A stretch of DNA of 35,472 nt from a virus (lineage: Duplodnaviria > Caudoviricetes). The stretch covers positions 1-35,472 of the IMG/VR virus record IMGVR_UViG_3300032219_000334; one strand, 5' to 3'. A model generated the notes under the pieces. The model was not told where the DNA came from. It saw nothing but the letters and a program-made list of their open reading frames with translations, and searched no databases. The position numbers and the translations under genes were made by a program. Shown piece after piece: positions 15,434 to 25,735 of the stretch (its first letter is position 1; each line of letters starts with the position of its first letter).

Positions 15434-16333
15434 TTATTCGTAAATGATATTGATTGAGCCAGCGTCAAATGTGGCAGTTCCACCTACAGTAGTTATTCGT
15501 ACTCTATCTAAAGTATCTGATAATGTTTTTGTTCCGGAAAATAAAAACGTTGTTCTGCTACTAGTTCCGACACCAATTATTCCACTTCCAACCCATATAT
15601 TTCCAGATAAATTAGTTAAAACTAAATGTCCATTTACAGTATCTGAGGCTGCTTGATTGTTGTATTCTAGTAAAAAACCAGCAGTTGCCGTATCTGTAGC
15701 AGCAGCTCCTGAATAAGTCCCAGCAACAACACTAGCATTAGAAGAATAGCTTGTAGTTTCAATGCCACCAGAGTCACCAATTTGAACCTGTAATGCACTT
15801 GTTCCATTTGTACTAACACCACTAAACATTACAGTAATACGTTTTACGCTAGACGGTATGCTAAGAAAATCCACACCAACAACAGTAATTGTTCCGCTTA
15901 CCGTTCCAGTTGATGCCGGACTAATTGTGTATGTACCTGCACCACCAGTACCAGTGCCTAATGCCGTAATTGTTGTTCCAGCGGCAATACCAGTACCTGC
16001 AATAACCTGACCGACTTGAATAGTTCCTGTAACACTAGACGCTGTTAATGTTGTACTTATTCCAGAAGTTGCGCCAGTAAATGATGTTGTTGCAGTTGAT
16101 ACCGAAGTACCAGATTTAATAGTACCGCCACCGCTTGCATTTAAAGTTCCTGTAACAGTTAAATTACCTGCTACAGTTTGATTAGCAGTCATTGCTACAT
16201 TCTGACTAGCATCAATAGTGATGGCATTAGTTCCAGCACCAGAGCCAGTTAGGATATTTAGCGCACCAGTGTTATCACTAGTTACTGCAAAACCGTTATT
16301 TGTGCTGTTGCCAGCCGTAATTAAATTTGCCAT
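15434..16333 (-). CDS. Tail fibre protein
   Basis: T/G/S-rich; IPS.VKRITV...LDRVRIT...[12 protein letters not shown]-terminal domain. Confidence 0.8.
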   Translation of the reverse strand: MANLITAGNSTNNGFAVTSDNTGALNILTGSGAGTNAITIDASQNVAMTANQTVAGNLTVTGTLNASGGGTIKSGTSVSTATTSFTGATSGISTTLTASSVTGTIQVGQVIAGTGIAAGTTITALGTGTGGAGTYTISPASTGTVSGTITVVGVDFLSIPSSVKRITVMFSGVSTNGTSALQVQIGDSGGIETTSYSSNASVVAGTYSGAAATDTATAGFLLEYNNQAASDTVNGHLVLTNLSGNIWVGSGIIGVGTSSRTTFLFSGTKTLSDTLDRVRITTVGGTATFDAGSINIIYE

Positions 16334-16348
16334 GTTTATCCTTGTTTA

Positions 16349-16936
16349 CTAAACAACAACCCACCTTGAGCCATCAGGAACTGTTACTGTTACGTTAGCT
16401 GCTAATGTTACTGGCCCTGCTGACATACCATTCTTATTTGATGAGATTGTGTAATTTGCTGTGATTTGTTTATTACTTTCGTAAATAGCACCAGAAGCAC
16501 CAGCAGCACCACCAAACTCAACCCAATTAGCTCCATTATACGTTTCTACGGTTGTTAAATTAGAATTATATCTAATTTGACCAACTGCTCCAGTAGGACG
16601 CTGTGCAGTAGTACCAGAAGGTAATTTAAGCGCACCAGTACCATTTAACGTAAACGCTGAAGGTATCGATACACTAGCAGCACTAATAGTTACTGACGAT
16701 GTAGAAGTTGACCCTAGTACAGTCGTATCTGTCTGTAAGTTTGATGCTGTTAAGTTACCTGTAACAGTAAATGGATCACCAGATGTTCCTGCTTGCTGAT
16801 CCTTTAACTGCGCCATTAACTCACGAATTGCATTATTGACAAGGCTAGGAGCCATGCCTTCTGCAAGATTAATACCGTCAATATCAGTATTTGAGCTTGC
16901 TGTTGCGCTAAATTCGCTGATCTTTGTTTTTGGCAT
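16349..16936 (-). CDS. Proximal tail fibre/adaptor protein
   Basis: NNAIRELMAQL anchor; LPSGTTAQRP...GQIRYN...YNG..W repeat; C-terminal TVPDGSRWVV. Confidence 0.75.
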   Translation of the reverse strand: MPKTKISEFSATASSNTDIDGINLAEGMAPSLVNNAIRELMAQLKDQQAGTSGDPFTVTGNLTASNLQTDTTVLGSTSTSSVTISAASVSIPSAFTLNGTGALKLPSGTTAQRPTGAVGQIRYNSNLTTVETYNGANWVEFGGAAGASGAIYESNKQITANYTISSNKNGMSAGPVTLAANVTVTVPDGSRWVVV

Positions 16937-16939
16937 TTC

Positions 16940-18802
16940 TTAATCTCCAAGCAAACCTGTAGTAGTTCCGATAGCAGCAGAACCAGGAACTAACCCTACT
17001 GGTCTGCGCTGTGTGCGTAATTTCAATTCTTGTAATATTCTTGCTTGCTCAATAGGATCAGTAGCAAATAGGCGTTTCTGTAATTCAGCAGAAGTCTCAC
17101 CGCTAATACCTTTAGCTCTAGCTGCGCCTTGTCTTAACAATTGCATAGCACCACCAGTTAAACCACCAGTAGCTAAACTTTGCGCTACAGCAGCAGTACC
17201 ACCTAAACCTTCGCTAGTAGCTAAACGCTCACCAGTTTGTGAGCCACCCATGATTGCCTTACCTGTCTTAGTTTGCTCACCAAGAGCATCAACGTAACGG
17301 ACAAAATCATTATATTGGTTACTGTCAGTAAAGGCATAACGTAAGAGAGACTTCTGTTTATCGCTCTTAAATATCTGACGAGAAAAATCACCGCCTTTAA
17401 AGTTCTCAAGACGAGAATTAACGTCTGCCATCATACCTAGACGGAAAGCCTCTTTTTCTGAATCATTCATCTTTTTCAGATCATCTAGGACTTCTTTGTA
17501 TTCCATCTTTTGATACTTTTGACCACTCTCAAATGAAGAACGAATACGCTCGTTATCAGCAAACTCTTTATTTGCTTTAGCATAAATAGGATTCTTTTCT
17601 TTGATTAAGTCGTTGAACTCACGCTTTACGTTAGATACATCTCTGCCGTAACTAGTCATCTTCCCAGTTACAGGATCAATTTCTTTCTCTACTACTCGAT
17701 CTAAACCAATTTTGATCTGGTGCAGTACGTTAGTAGGAACGAATTGAGCGTTACGAACTTGCTCTAAATCTGGCAACGTATCACCATAAACACCAGCTCG
17801 TCTTTGAGCTTCTCTATAAGCGTCTTGGAATACTGGACGATCTACGTACTTACGGAAATCACGAGCATCAACAGCTTTCTCATAAGCTAACGGATACTTA
17901 GCAGACGCAGCAGATTGTTGATTCTTAGCCAAGAAATCAAGATACTCGTAGCCATTTACGTTTTTACCTAATCCTGCACGTTTTACTAAACCGCTAACGA
18001 TATCGCTAGGCTGGTCTATCATGCGTGACTCTAAGAATCTAGCAGTAGCAGACTTTTGACTCGATGGCACTACATAAGCAGCGTAAGACAAGTCTTGCAA
18101 GCTCTTTGTTAAGTCAGCCAATACAGGACGAGGAACATTTAGTCTCTGTAACTCAGCTAAAGCTGCTTGAGCTTCGTCAGGAGTTAGATTATCTTTGTTT
18201 AATGTGTTAGCAAGTATCTTGTTTGCAGCAGTAGTTTGATCGCCAATTCCGGCAGCATTAAGCGCACCACGAATCATGCTACCTGCGCCTTTAATAGCTA
18301 CAGGTAAAGTACCACCTAATACCCCACCAACAGCACCAGTTACAGCAGCATTTTGTAACGTATCTTTTTCAGCAGTACCAGCACCAGTTAATGCGCCTGT
18401 AGCAGCACCTACGCCAGTTCCACGAGCTATCTGACCACCTAATGTCTCACCAGTAACAGCAGCCTGAGTAGCACCACTAGTACCTTTTAATCCCTTGAGT
18501 AAACCAAAAGGCATAGCCATACCGCCAAGCAACTCTAATGGAGTAGAAAAACCAGGATTGTCTATATTGTATTGAGCTTGTTGCGCTCTTAATCTGTCTC
18601 TGATTGACTCGTATTCTTTACCGCTAATAGCACCAGAACGTAATGCAGCCTCTAACTCATCAGCAAAGCCAAATGTAAGACCTTGAGCTGCTGTTCTAGT
18701 CGTTTCAGCAGCACCAGAATAAGGCACTTTAGGCTGAAATACAGAAGTAGCAGGAGTTTTAACTTCTTCTGCTATAGGAGCTTGTTCCCATGCGTTTGCC
18801 AT
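16940..18802 (-). CDS. Putative DNA ejection / internal virion protein
   Basis: 620 aa, QGLTFGFADE motif, Gly/Ala-rich hydrophobic segments; P22 gp16/gp20-like position. Confidence 0.7.
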   Translation of the reverse strand: MANAWEQAPIAEEVKTPATSVFQPKVPYSGAAETTRTAAQGLTFGFADELEAALRSGAISGKEYESIRDRLRAQQAQYNIDNPGFSTPLELLGGMAMPFGLLKGLKGTSGATQAAVTGETLGGQIARGTGVGAATGALTGAGTAEKDTLQNAAVTGAVGGVLGGTLPVAIKGAGSMIRGALNAAGIGDQTTAANKILANTLNKDNLTPDEAQAALAELQRLNVPRPVLADLTKSLQDLSYAAYVVPSSQKSATARFLESRMIDQPSDIVSGLVKRAGLGKNVNGYEYLDFLAKNQQSAASAKYPLAYEKAVDARDFRKYVDRPVFQDAYREAQRRAGVYGDTLPDLEQVRNAQFVPTNVLHQIKIGLDRVVEKEIDPVTGKMTSYGRDVSNVKREFNDLIKEKNPIYAKANKEFADNERIRSSFESGQKYQKMEYKEVLDDLKKMNDSEKEAFRLGMMADVNSRLENFKGGDFSRQIFKSDKQKSLLRYAFTDSNQYNDFVRYVDALGEQTKTGKAIMGGSQTGERLATSEGLGGTAAVAQSLATGGLTGGAMQLLRQGAARAKGISGETSAELQKRLFATDPIEQARILQELKLRTQRRPVGLVPGSAAIGTTTGLLGD

Positions 18803-20181
18803 TATGGTTTAACCCTTCTAACCCCTTTAGGATCAACAAATGTAGTTCCTTTAGGTAAATTAACATAATCAGCATTAGTAAATACATGAGGTTCAAACTT
18901 AGGAACCTCTAATGGTATTTCAGGAGCTTCAAGTTTTGCGTTTGAACGTCTACGAATTATTGATGACTGCAAATCTTGTGCTTTTCTAGCATTTAAATCA
19001 CGTAATACTTGGATTGCTTTACCAGCATCAGCAGCAGATTCAGCACCTTGCAATTCTTTAGCTGCACGTACCGCATCACCCTCAGTTTGAGTACCTTTAT
19101 TTAATCGTAAAGATTCATTTACCAACTGAGTTTTAAATCTTTCAAAGTCATTTCTTGCAATAACTTCAGGATTTTCGCTACCAACTAGATTAGATGCTCC
19201 AACAAATGCTCTAGCCCTTAGCCCAAACGGTATAGTCCCACGCTTAATGCTATTTAAGTATCTATTTGCATCATTAGCTAAATTAGCTGCTGCTTGACCT
19301 GCTTCATAATCTTCATCTTCAGCTTTTTGAATTGTTGTAGGTATTGGTTTTTGATTTATAGGAGCCTTATATCCTTGTATTGGCTTACCCATAGCATCTA
19401 AAACAGACATTCTTGGATCTTTAGGAAGCCAAACTAGATTTCCCTGAGCATCGGTTGATCTGTCATACATTGACTTAGTGCCACTTTCGCCCATAGGTTT
19501 ACGAGCAACTACTGTCCATGATTGAGTTGCAGGATTGTATTGACGAGTAGTGCCATCAGCAAAGTCACGTACTTCAGGAGCTTTTGCGCCAGTGCCTTCA
19601 ACAGGCATAATTTTACCGTCAGCAGTTTTTTGATATATAACTCCAGAAGGCAAACCTAATGCAGCAGCTTCTTCTTTTGTTAATACGCCACCTTGTCTGC
19701 CAGCACCCATAGGAGCCTCAAATACAACTCTGCCAGTAGGATCAACTAATACTTCACCAGGCTTTGCTGACGTTAATCTAGGCTGACGTTTCTCTTGTTC
19801 CATGTCAGCAATAATACGCATTGCACCAGGTAAGTTAGTATCAATAATCTGCGCTAACTCTGGATACTTCAACTTTAATTGTTCTGCACCTTGCAAAGTT
19901 CTTTGCTGCTGTAGCATTTGCTGCGCATCCATTCTTTGCTTGATGCCACCTTGATACGCACCACCAGCACCCTCAAAACCACCCGCTACTGCGCCTAATA
20001 TGTTTTGCAATGCTGAACGTGGAGGGCCATACGAACTCATACCTTTAGCTAACGCTAAACCAGCACTTAGTAAACCCTGTATCTGCGCTCTTTTTTGTAG
20101 CGCAGCAGCTTCGTCAACACCTAGTAAGCCTTGATATGCTTTAGGTAAAGTACCAAACGGTGTTAAATCTTCAATTGCCAT
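18802..20181 (-). CDS. Putative DNA ejection / internal virion protein
   Basis: 459 aa, helical, C-terminal LPKGTTFVDPKG; synteny. Confidence 0.7.
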   Translation of the reverse strand: MAIEDLTPFGTLPKAYQGLLGVDEAAALQKRAQIQGLLSAGLALAKGMSSYGPPRSALQNILGAVAGGFEGAGGAYQGGIKQRMDAQQMLQQQRTLQGAEQLKLKYPELAQIIDTNLPGAMRIIADMEQEKRQPRLTSAKPGEVLVDPTGRVVFEAPMGAGRQGGVLTKEEAAALGLPSGVIYQKTADGKIMPVEGTGAKAPEVRDFADGTTRQYNPATQSWTVVARKPMGESGTKSMYDRSTDAQGNLVWLPKDPRMSVLDAMGKPIQGYKAPINQKPIPTTIQKAEDEDYEAGQAAANLANDANRYLNSIKRGTIPFGLRARAFVGASNLVGSENPEVIARNDFERFKTQLVNESLRLNKGTQTEGDAVRAAKELQGAESAADAGKAIQVLRDLNARKAQDLQSSIIRRRSNAKLEAPEIPLEVPKFEPHVFTNADYVNLPKGTTFVDPKGVRRVKP

Positions 20182-20188
20182 ATATCAC

Positions 20189-20755
20189 CTAAATTAGTGA
20201 AATCGGTTGACCACCAATAACTGATTGTCTGTATGGATCCATTAGTGACATAGGATCGTAAGCACCTAATTTATTTCTAGCTTGTACTGGAACAGCAGGA
20301 GCTGATTGAATTTGTGGTTGCTGCTCAGGAGTCAATAAACCTTGAGTTGCACTTAACGCTTGACCTGTCATCATCGGATTTTCGTAAGCAGATTGACCCA
20401 TCATGCCTAATCTTTCCATTAACGTAGGAGCCATTGCAGCACTAGCAGCAGCAGGAGCAGCTAAACTGTAACCAGCAGTAGCAGCAGGAGCAGTTAAGCC
20501 TATACCGCCAGTAGCAGCCCCTCCAAGACCATATCCTGCCGCAGTATTAGCGGCAGTTAATCCAGTAGCACCACCAGAACCAAGTGCCAAACCAGTACCT
20601 CCACCTGCCGCAGCAGCAGCACCACCTACGCCTAACGCAGTGCCACCAGTAAACCCTGCTGTAGCACCTAACATTGCACCCTGTAATGGATTATTTGGTT
20701 TTAAAGCCGCACCAGCAGCAGCCCCTACCATAGCTAAAGTTACTGGATCAGCCAT
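20189..20755 (-). CDS. Ala/Gly-rich putative ejection protein
   Basis: MADPVT...GAAAGA low-complexity sequence; synteny. Confidence 0.65.
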   Translation of the reverse strand: MADPVTLAMVGAAAGAALKPNNPLQGAMLGATAGFTGGTALGVGGAAAAAGGGTGLALGSGGATGLTAANTAAGYGLGGAATGGIGLTAPAATAGYSLAAPAAASAAMAPTLMERLGMMGQSAYENPMMTGQALSATQGLLTPEQQPQIQSAPAVPVQARNKLGAYDPMSLMDPYRQSVIGGQPISLI

Positions 20756-21489
20756 TATTTACCCCCACTTTGCTGTGTTGTTGTTGAGCTAGTGCCACCA
20801 GAAGGTACGCTCGTGAATAGATTCGTGTATTGTTGTAGCTTGCGCTCTGGAGCTGTTTGCTCAAAGTTGTAACGATTGATAGCGTCTTGCAATGCTTTTT
20901 GATCGTAAGACTCTCCTGCTTGACCTGCTGTCAGCAATCTCTGAATATCTTGATAATCAGCTTGAGCAAAAGCAGGAGCATTAGCTACAGCAGCCATCTG
21001 ACGATTACGTTCTGCTTCAGCAGACTGATAAGCTAACTGACCTGAAGTCTCAGCCAGATTGCGACCGAATATATCTTGAGCCTGACCTACCTGCTGACCC
21101 ATTGCGTTAGAGCCATAACGACCCATTGATGAAGCCTTAGACTGTAAGCCTTGTACACCTTGTGTGTAAGCCTCTTGCGCCCTACGATTAGTTCCTGCTA
21201 AAGCACCCTCTAGGAATGGATTAACGCCCTTTCCTTGAATAGTAGCAAGGTACTCTTGTTGAGCAGCAGCAGTTAAAGGAGAGCCAGCTCTAGCGCGTTC
21301 AGCCGCTAATCTGATAGCCTCTGATGTTGCTTCAGATGGGCCTACGTAAGTTTTACCAGGATAGAATTGCGCCCCAGGAGCTTGGTACTGACGTTTAGCT
21401 TCCTCAAGACCAAATTCAACATAAGGCTTGATACTTGGATCTATACCTGTTGATGTTGTGGAACTACCTCCACCGCCTCCACCGCCCAT
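20755..21489 (-). CDS. Gln/Ala-rich putative ejection (P22 gp7-like position) protein
   Basis: MGGGGGGGSSTT...P..KPY N-terminus; synteny. Confidence 0.65.
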   Translation of the reverse strand: MGGGGGGGSSTTSTGIDPSIKPYVEFGLEEAKRQYQAPGAQFYPGKTYVGPSEATSEAIRLAAERARAGSPLTAAAQQEYLATIQGKGVNPFLEGALAGTNRRAQEAYTQGVQGLQSKASSMGRYGSNAMGQQVGQAQDIFGRNLAETSGQLAYQSAEAERNRQMAAVANAPAFAQADYQDIQRLLTAGQAGESYDQKALQDAINRYNFEQTAPERKLQQYTNLFTSVPSGGTSSTTTQQSGGK

Positions 21490-21499
21490 ATCGTACCCC

Positions 21500-21898
21500 T
21501 TAAATCTCGCAAATCCACTGTTTAGGCTTGAAGCCTAGCTTCTTAGCCCTACGTTGCCAACCTTGTCGATGGCTACTGAAAGTTACATATTTTGCATTAG
21601 CTTGACTTGCCAAGCCTTTTATGTATTTTAGCCCATCTTCAACCATTTGATAATCATTTTCTAACGTCCAAGCCGCCCAAACGTGTAGATGTAGTCCAGA
21701 TGGCTGCAATATGAAGAAGCCACCGAACCTCTGCTCCTTCAAAGCTACCCATAGAAGTGACCTATTAGACATTAAATCTGCATAGACATCTTCTACTATC
21801 CAATCCTCTGGGCTATACCCTTTAATTTTGTCCAATGGTGCTTTAATTGATGCCCACCATTTCCGAATATCTGCTACTGGTATATGTCTAAATTCCAT
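21500..21898 (-). CDS. Tail-assembly protein with a GNAT-like pattern
   Basis: Position between tail and ejection genes; FSS.RQGW.R....GF motif. Confidence 0.55.
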   Translation of the reverse strand: MEFRHIPVADIRKWWASIKAPLDKIKGYSPEDWIVEDVYADLMSNRSLLWVALKEQRFGGFFILQPSGLHLHVWAAWTLENDYQMVEDGLKYIKGLASQANAKYVTFSSHRQGWQRRAKKLGFKPKQWICEI

Positions 21899-22695
21899 TA
21901 GCCCACCACAATGTAGCCGTATGTCTTATCTGCTGTGTTATTAGACCAATGCGTCAAAGTAGCACTCCCTTGAGTTTGTGAAGAAACGTATATGTTACTT
22001 GTAGCTGATGGAGCTATATATTGCATTGTCGCTATAACGCTAGGAACAGCAGGTCTTGTAGGACTTGTGCCAGTACCATAATGCTCAATAGATATACCAG
22101 TATTAGAAACACGCCACATTATCTCAACATAATCATTGGCTTGCAATTCTAAAAAGAAATTAATTGCTGCAATCATGTGGCTAGGATCGCCAGCACTTTT
22201 ACGAGTCGTTAATCCAAAACGACTATTTGATCCAGCTATATCTGTTCCATTTTTTCTAAACCATACATCTACTTCTTCAGAATCGTTATGTGAATTCTTA
22301 AACTGAATAGAAAACTGAATGTTGTAAATACCATAATTTCTGACGTTTAGCCTTGAACTATTCGATAGATACACACCGTTAGAATAGTCAGTAGTGTTTA
22401 ACGTTATTGCATAAGCTGTAGTCGTACTAGCAGCAGTCTGATCTGTAGTATCCTGAAACGCACCGTAAGGAGCCGCATCAGCCTCCGCAGCATTACTTAT
22501 AGGAACCAAGAATATCAAGCTCTCTTTACCTATACGGCTGTCGTATATAGTCGTAGTAGTCACATTGCCTGTGGCTAAAGTAACCGTACCAGTATTATTC
22601 GTCTTGCCGTCCATAACGCCACGAACGACCTCAGCAACCTGTCGCTGATCCCCACCAAAAGGCGGTAACGTCTGAAACTGGACTGTTCTCGTCAT
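21898..22695 (-). CDS. Tail needle/appendage-like virion protein
   Basis: PYGAFQDTTDQ...GIYNIQFSIQ...NDYVEIMW beta-sandwich (C1q/BclA-like) insert. Confidence 0.6.
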   Translation of the reverse strand: MTRTVQFQTLPPFGGDQRQVAEVVRGVMDGKTNNTGTVTLATGNVTTTTIYDSRIGKESLIFLVPISNAAEADAAPYGAFQDTTDQTAASTTTAYAITLNTTDYSNGVYLSNSSRLNVRNYGIYNIQFSIQFKNSHNDSEEVDVWFRKNGTDIAGSNSRFGLTTRKSAGDPSHMIAAINFFLELQANDYVEIMWRVSNTGISIEHYGTGTSPTRPAVPSVIATMQYIAPSATSNIYVSSQTQGSATLTHWSNNTADKTYGYIVVG

Positions 22696-24113
22696 CGATT
22701 ACCCTGACTGCTAACATCAACATCAACAGCTACAGCAGTCGTCCATACGCCACTAGGACTAGTTTTAATCCTGTGATACCTACCAGCAGAACGAAGCCCA
22801 CAGCGACCCTCTGAATCAGCTACAGAGGCATCTCCGAACGTAATAGCGTCATCCAATAACTCACGACTTGCGACTGCTACAGAGCCGCTACCATCGTCCA
22901 CAATAGGACGAGCCAATGTGACTACAGATCGACCCATATCTATATCGCCAGACGTTAGTGCAGCCTGTTTATAAGCACCGCTAAACGTAATAATCTTAGC
23001 TCCTTGAGTACCTGCTAACAGTAATTGACCGCCTGTCCACTGTCTATCATCAAGAGAGATTGTTAGTGCATCAATACTCGCACTGAAGTTATCTAAATCT
23101 TCTAGCGTAACTGATGGAGTCATTGCGTAAGAGACACTAGTAGCAGTAGTCTCAGCATAAGACCATTTGTTTAGATTGATGTTATAAAAAAGTAAGTTTT
23201 TACCGCCAGATTGGTTAGGAAATAACCAAATTATTATTCGTTTCTCAGCATCTACAGCAGAAGATATGCCATTTTTTAGATTTGAAGCATCTAATTTGCT
23301 AAAAAACCAACGATCTATTCTCTCGATACCAATTGGCTTAACAGATTGTCCGTCACACAAATAAAAACCATCATCTGATAAGAAATATGTGATTCCACCG
23401 TAATTTATTATGGAACCAGATGAAATACACCCTAAAGTTCTTGAAATATTATCAAATTGGAAAAAATACGGACTACCTGCGTATGTCATGCGGTAGATTG
23501 CACGTTCTAAAAATACTAATCCAAACTCACCACCCGCTAAACCTGTAATGTCACCACCATCTGGTATCACTTGAGAGTCAGACTGACTAGCAAGACCAGG
23601 AGTCCAGTCTGTTTCATCGTTAATATCTGACCAATAAACTTTATTTTCTTCACCAGTTACGTTAGCGGCTACAACAAAGTCTTTAACTACTGTTACATAT
23701 TTAGCAGTAGGAGCAGCAGCAGCTAAGTCTGCAAAATAAGTACCACTATTTAATGTGTATGCTTGTAATTTATTTGATCCATTAGCAGCAATCATTTTTG
23801 CGCCATATTGAACAGCATCCCAATACTCAATCGCACTATAACCAGTAGTGGTTAATGCAGTCATAGCACGACTTCCAGGAGTATATCTATATAAATTGCT
23901 CGCAGAACCACCAAATAATGAGACTGTTCCGTTATATTTACCTGCAAAAGATACCAACAGATTAGCAGCAGCAGCATTAGAGTAATCAGCTTCAGATAAT
24001 ACAGGAGCGTATCCGTTAGTAACTGGATAACAGTTAACCGCATCTGATAAAGCACCAGTAACACCAGGCTGATCTGGTAGCCATTCACCGAATAATATGC
24101 GTTGTTTAGCCAT
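22692..24113 (-). CDS. Tail hub / DNA-stabilisation protein (P22 gp10-like)
   Basis: FGEWLPDQP start (ATG 24113); V.WS....DW; beta-propeller-like size; synteny. Confidence 0.75.
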   Translation of the reverse strand: MAKQRILFGEWLPDQPGVTGALSDAVNCYPVTNGYAPVLSEADYSNAAAANLLVSFAGKYNGTVSLFGGSASNLYRYTPGSRAMTALTTTGYSAIEYWDAVQYGAKMIAANGSNKLQAYTLNSGTYFADLAAAAPTAKYVTVVKDFVVAANVTGEENKVYWSDINDETDWTPGLASQSDSQVIPDGGDITGLAGGEFGLVFLERAIYRMTYAGSPYFFQFDNISRTLGCISSGSIINYGGITYFLSDDGFYLCDGQSVKPIGIERIDRWFFSKLDASNLKNGISSAVDAEKRIIIWLFPNQSGGKNLLFYNINLNKWSYAETTATSVSYAMTPSVTLEDLDNFSASIDALTISLDDRQWTGGQLLLAGTQGAKIITFSGAYKQAALTSGDIDMGRSVVTLARPIVDDGSGSVAVASRELLDDAITFGDASVADSEGRCGLRSAGRYHRIKTSPSGVWTTAVAVDVDVSSQGNR

Positions 24114-24115
24114 CT

Positions 24116-24832
24116 TTATTGCCTTACCCAAGTATTAGATTGTGCATTTACTTCAGTCCAGATATTGTCATTAGCAGAAATAACAGTCCAAGTATTAGTA
24201 TCTTCTATAACTTGATCCCATTCATCACCAATTACCTGACCGTCTGCGCTTATAGTCGCATTTCCTTCTATACCTGCTATGGCGTTCCATACAGCTATTG
24301 CTAAACATGAAACTTCTGCTAAAGCATCTACTGAAGCATGACCGTCATAAACTACACCACCGTTTGCAGTTACCGTAGCTGTTCCATCAATAGCAGCAGT
24401 GCCTACCTGAACTCGTATTCCGTCTGCCGTAACCGTAGCAGTACCGTTAATAGCACCAGTAAAGAATAAAACTCTAGTAGCTTCTGCCGTAACCGTTGCT
24501 GTGCCATCTACAGCAGCCGTTGCATTGATAACTAGACCACCATTAGCTGTTACAGTAGCAGTACCAATTATTGAGCCAGTAGCACTATAAATAATGCCAC
24601 CAGCCGCAGTTACCACCGCAGTTGCATCTATAGAGCCTGTAGCAGTCTGAATCCTGATACCAACAGCAGAAACCGTAGCTGATCCGTTAATACTTCCTGC
24701 ACCACTATATATAGCAAAAGCGTTTGCTGTTACTGTGGCAAAAGCATCTACCGCAGCAGTGGCTAATACGACATTACCAGAAGCAGCTAATGACGAATAC
24801 GGTGCTTGCGAATATGCCGATAAACCAAACAT
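24116..24832 (-). CDS. Virion protein with nine 20-aa beta repeats and 10-aa Trp repeats
   Basis: Repeats visible in the translation; 60-bp periodicity in the DNA. Confidence 0.75.
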   Translation of the reverse strand: MFGLSAYSQAPYSSLAASGNVVLATAAVDAFATVTANAFAIYSGAGSINGSATVSAVGIRIQTATGSIDATAVVTAAGGIIYSATGSIIGTATVTANGGLVINATAAVDGTATVTAEATRVLFFTGAINGTATVTADGIRVQVGTAAIDGTATVTANGGVVYDGHASVDALAEVSCLAIAVWNAIAGIEGNATISADGQVIGDEWDQVIEDTNTWTVISANDNIWTEVNAQSNTWVRQ

Positions 24833-25333
24833 CTACAGAACCACCCATCTGGAACCATCAGGTACAGTTATGCTAATACCGTTATTAATCGTAATAGGGC
24901 CAGAACTCATAGCCGAATATCCGCTAGGAATAGAAAAACTTGTAGCTACAGTTTGCTTGTTAATTACGATACCGTTAGAAGCTCCTAACTGTTCTGAGTA
25001 AGCCGTATTATCAGCATCTTCATGAACAGACTTGCCAGCAGGATATGTAGCAAATACGTCCTTGCTATTAGCTGCAAACGATATAGGTGAAGTAGTGCCA
25101 GAACTATTAGCCAATACAGTAGTACGAGCTAACGTAGTACCTGATGAAGTGTACGTACCAATACCTACTTCCCATGTGTTAGCAGTGCTATCAACAATAG
25201 AATAGTAGGTAGTGTTACCGTTACCAATAACAGCAAAGGATTGGAATCCAGCTACAGCACCAGCGAGCGTCAGCGTACCAGTGCCAGCAGTAGTAGATGT
25301 TTCCCTAACACGATCTGCGACAACTAGTGGCAT
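24833..25333 (-). CDS. Virion fibre/adaptor protein
   Basis: ADRVRETSTT.GTG...WEVG.GTY; C-terminal TVPDGSRWVVL. Confidence 0.75.
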   Translation of the reverse strand: MPLVVADRVRETSTTAGTGTLTLAGAVAGFQSFAVIGNGNTTYYSIVDSTANTWEVGIGTYTSSGTTLARTTVLANSSGTTSPISFAANSKDVFATYPAGKSVHEDADNTAYSEQLGASNGIVINKQTVATSFSIPSGYSAMSSGPITINNGISITVPDGSRWVVL

Positions 25334-25343
25334 CGCTTACTCC

Positions 25344-25730
25344 TTACGCCAGAGTTACGCTAAGACCGCCAATAGCTATCTTAAAGATATCTCCAGATGA
25401 TATAGTTTTCGATGTGTCTAATGCTGTGTGATAAAGCAAATTACCACTAGAAGAAGCATCAAGAATACCGATCCAACCAACTGTTCCCCATGAGCCAGAA
25501 GCCTGTGCAAACTCCACCGCAGCAGTATTCGTAGATACACCGTTACTAGGCGCACCCATCGTAACCGCTACTCGTGCATAAGAGCCACCAGATACTTCAG
25601 TACCAGTATTGGCATCAGTAGGATCAGATGTATATAAGCCCATATAAACAACAGCAGGACTTGTGTAGCTCGTATTACGCAAGGTAGCGTTAATTAGAGC
25701 ATTTTCTAGATAGTTCGACATTTCTGCCAT
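25344..25730 (-). CDS. Minor virion (decoration/fibre-base) protein
   Basis: SNYLE...YMGLYTSDP...EVSGGSYAR...GNLL motif. Confidence 0.7.
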   Translation of the reverse strand: MAEMSNYLENALINATLRNTSYTSPAVVYMGLYTSDPTDANTGTEVSGGSYARVAVTMGAPSNGVSTNTAAVEFAQASGSWGTVGWIGILDASSSGNLLYHTALDTSKTISSGDIFKIAIGGLSVTLA

Positions 25731-25735
25731 AATTA

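Noticed and set aside
12764-16936. Diversity-generating retroelement or invertible fibre cassette
   Set aside because: No reverse transcriptase or invertase, and no TR/VR or inverted-repeat pair was seen.
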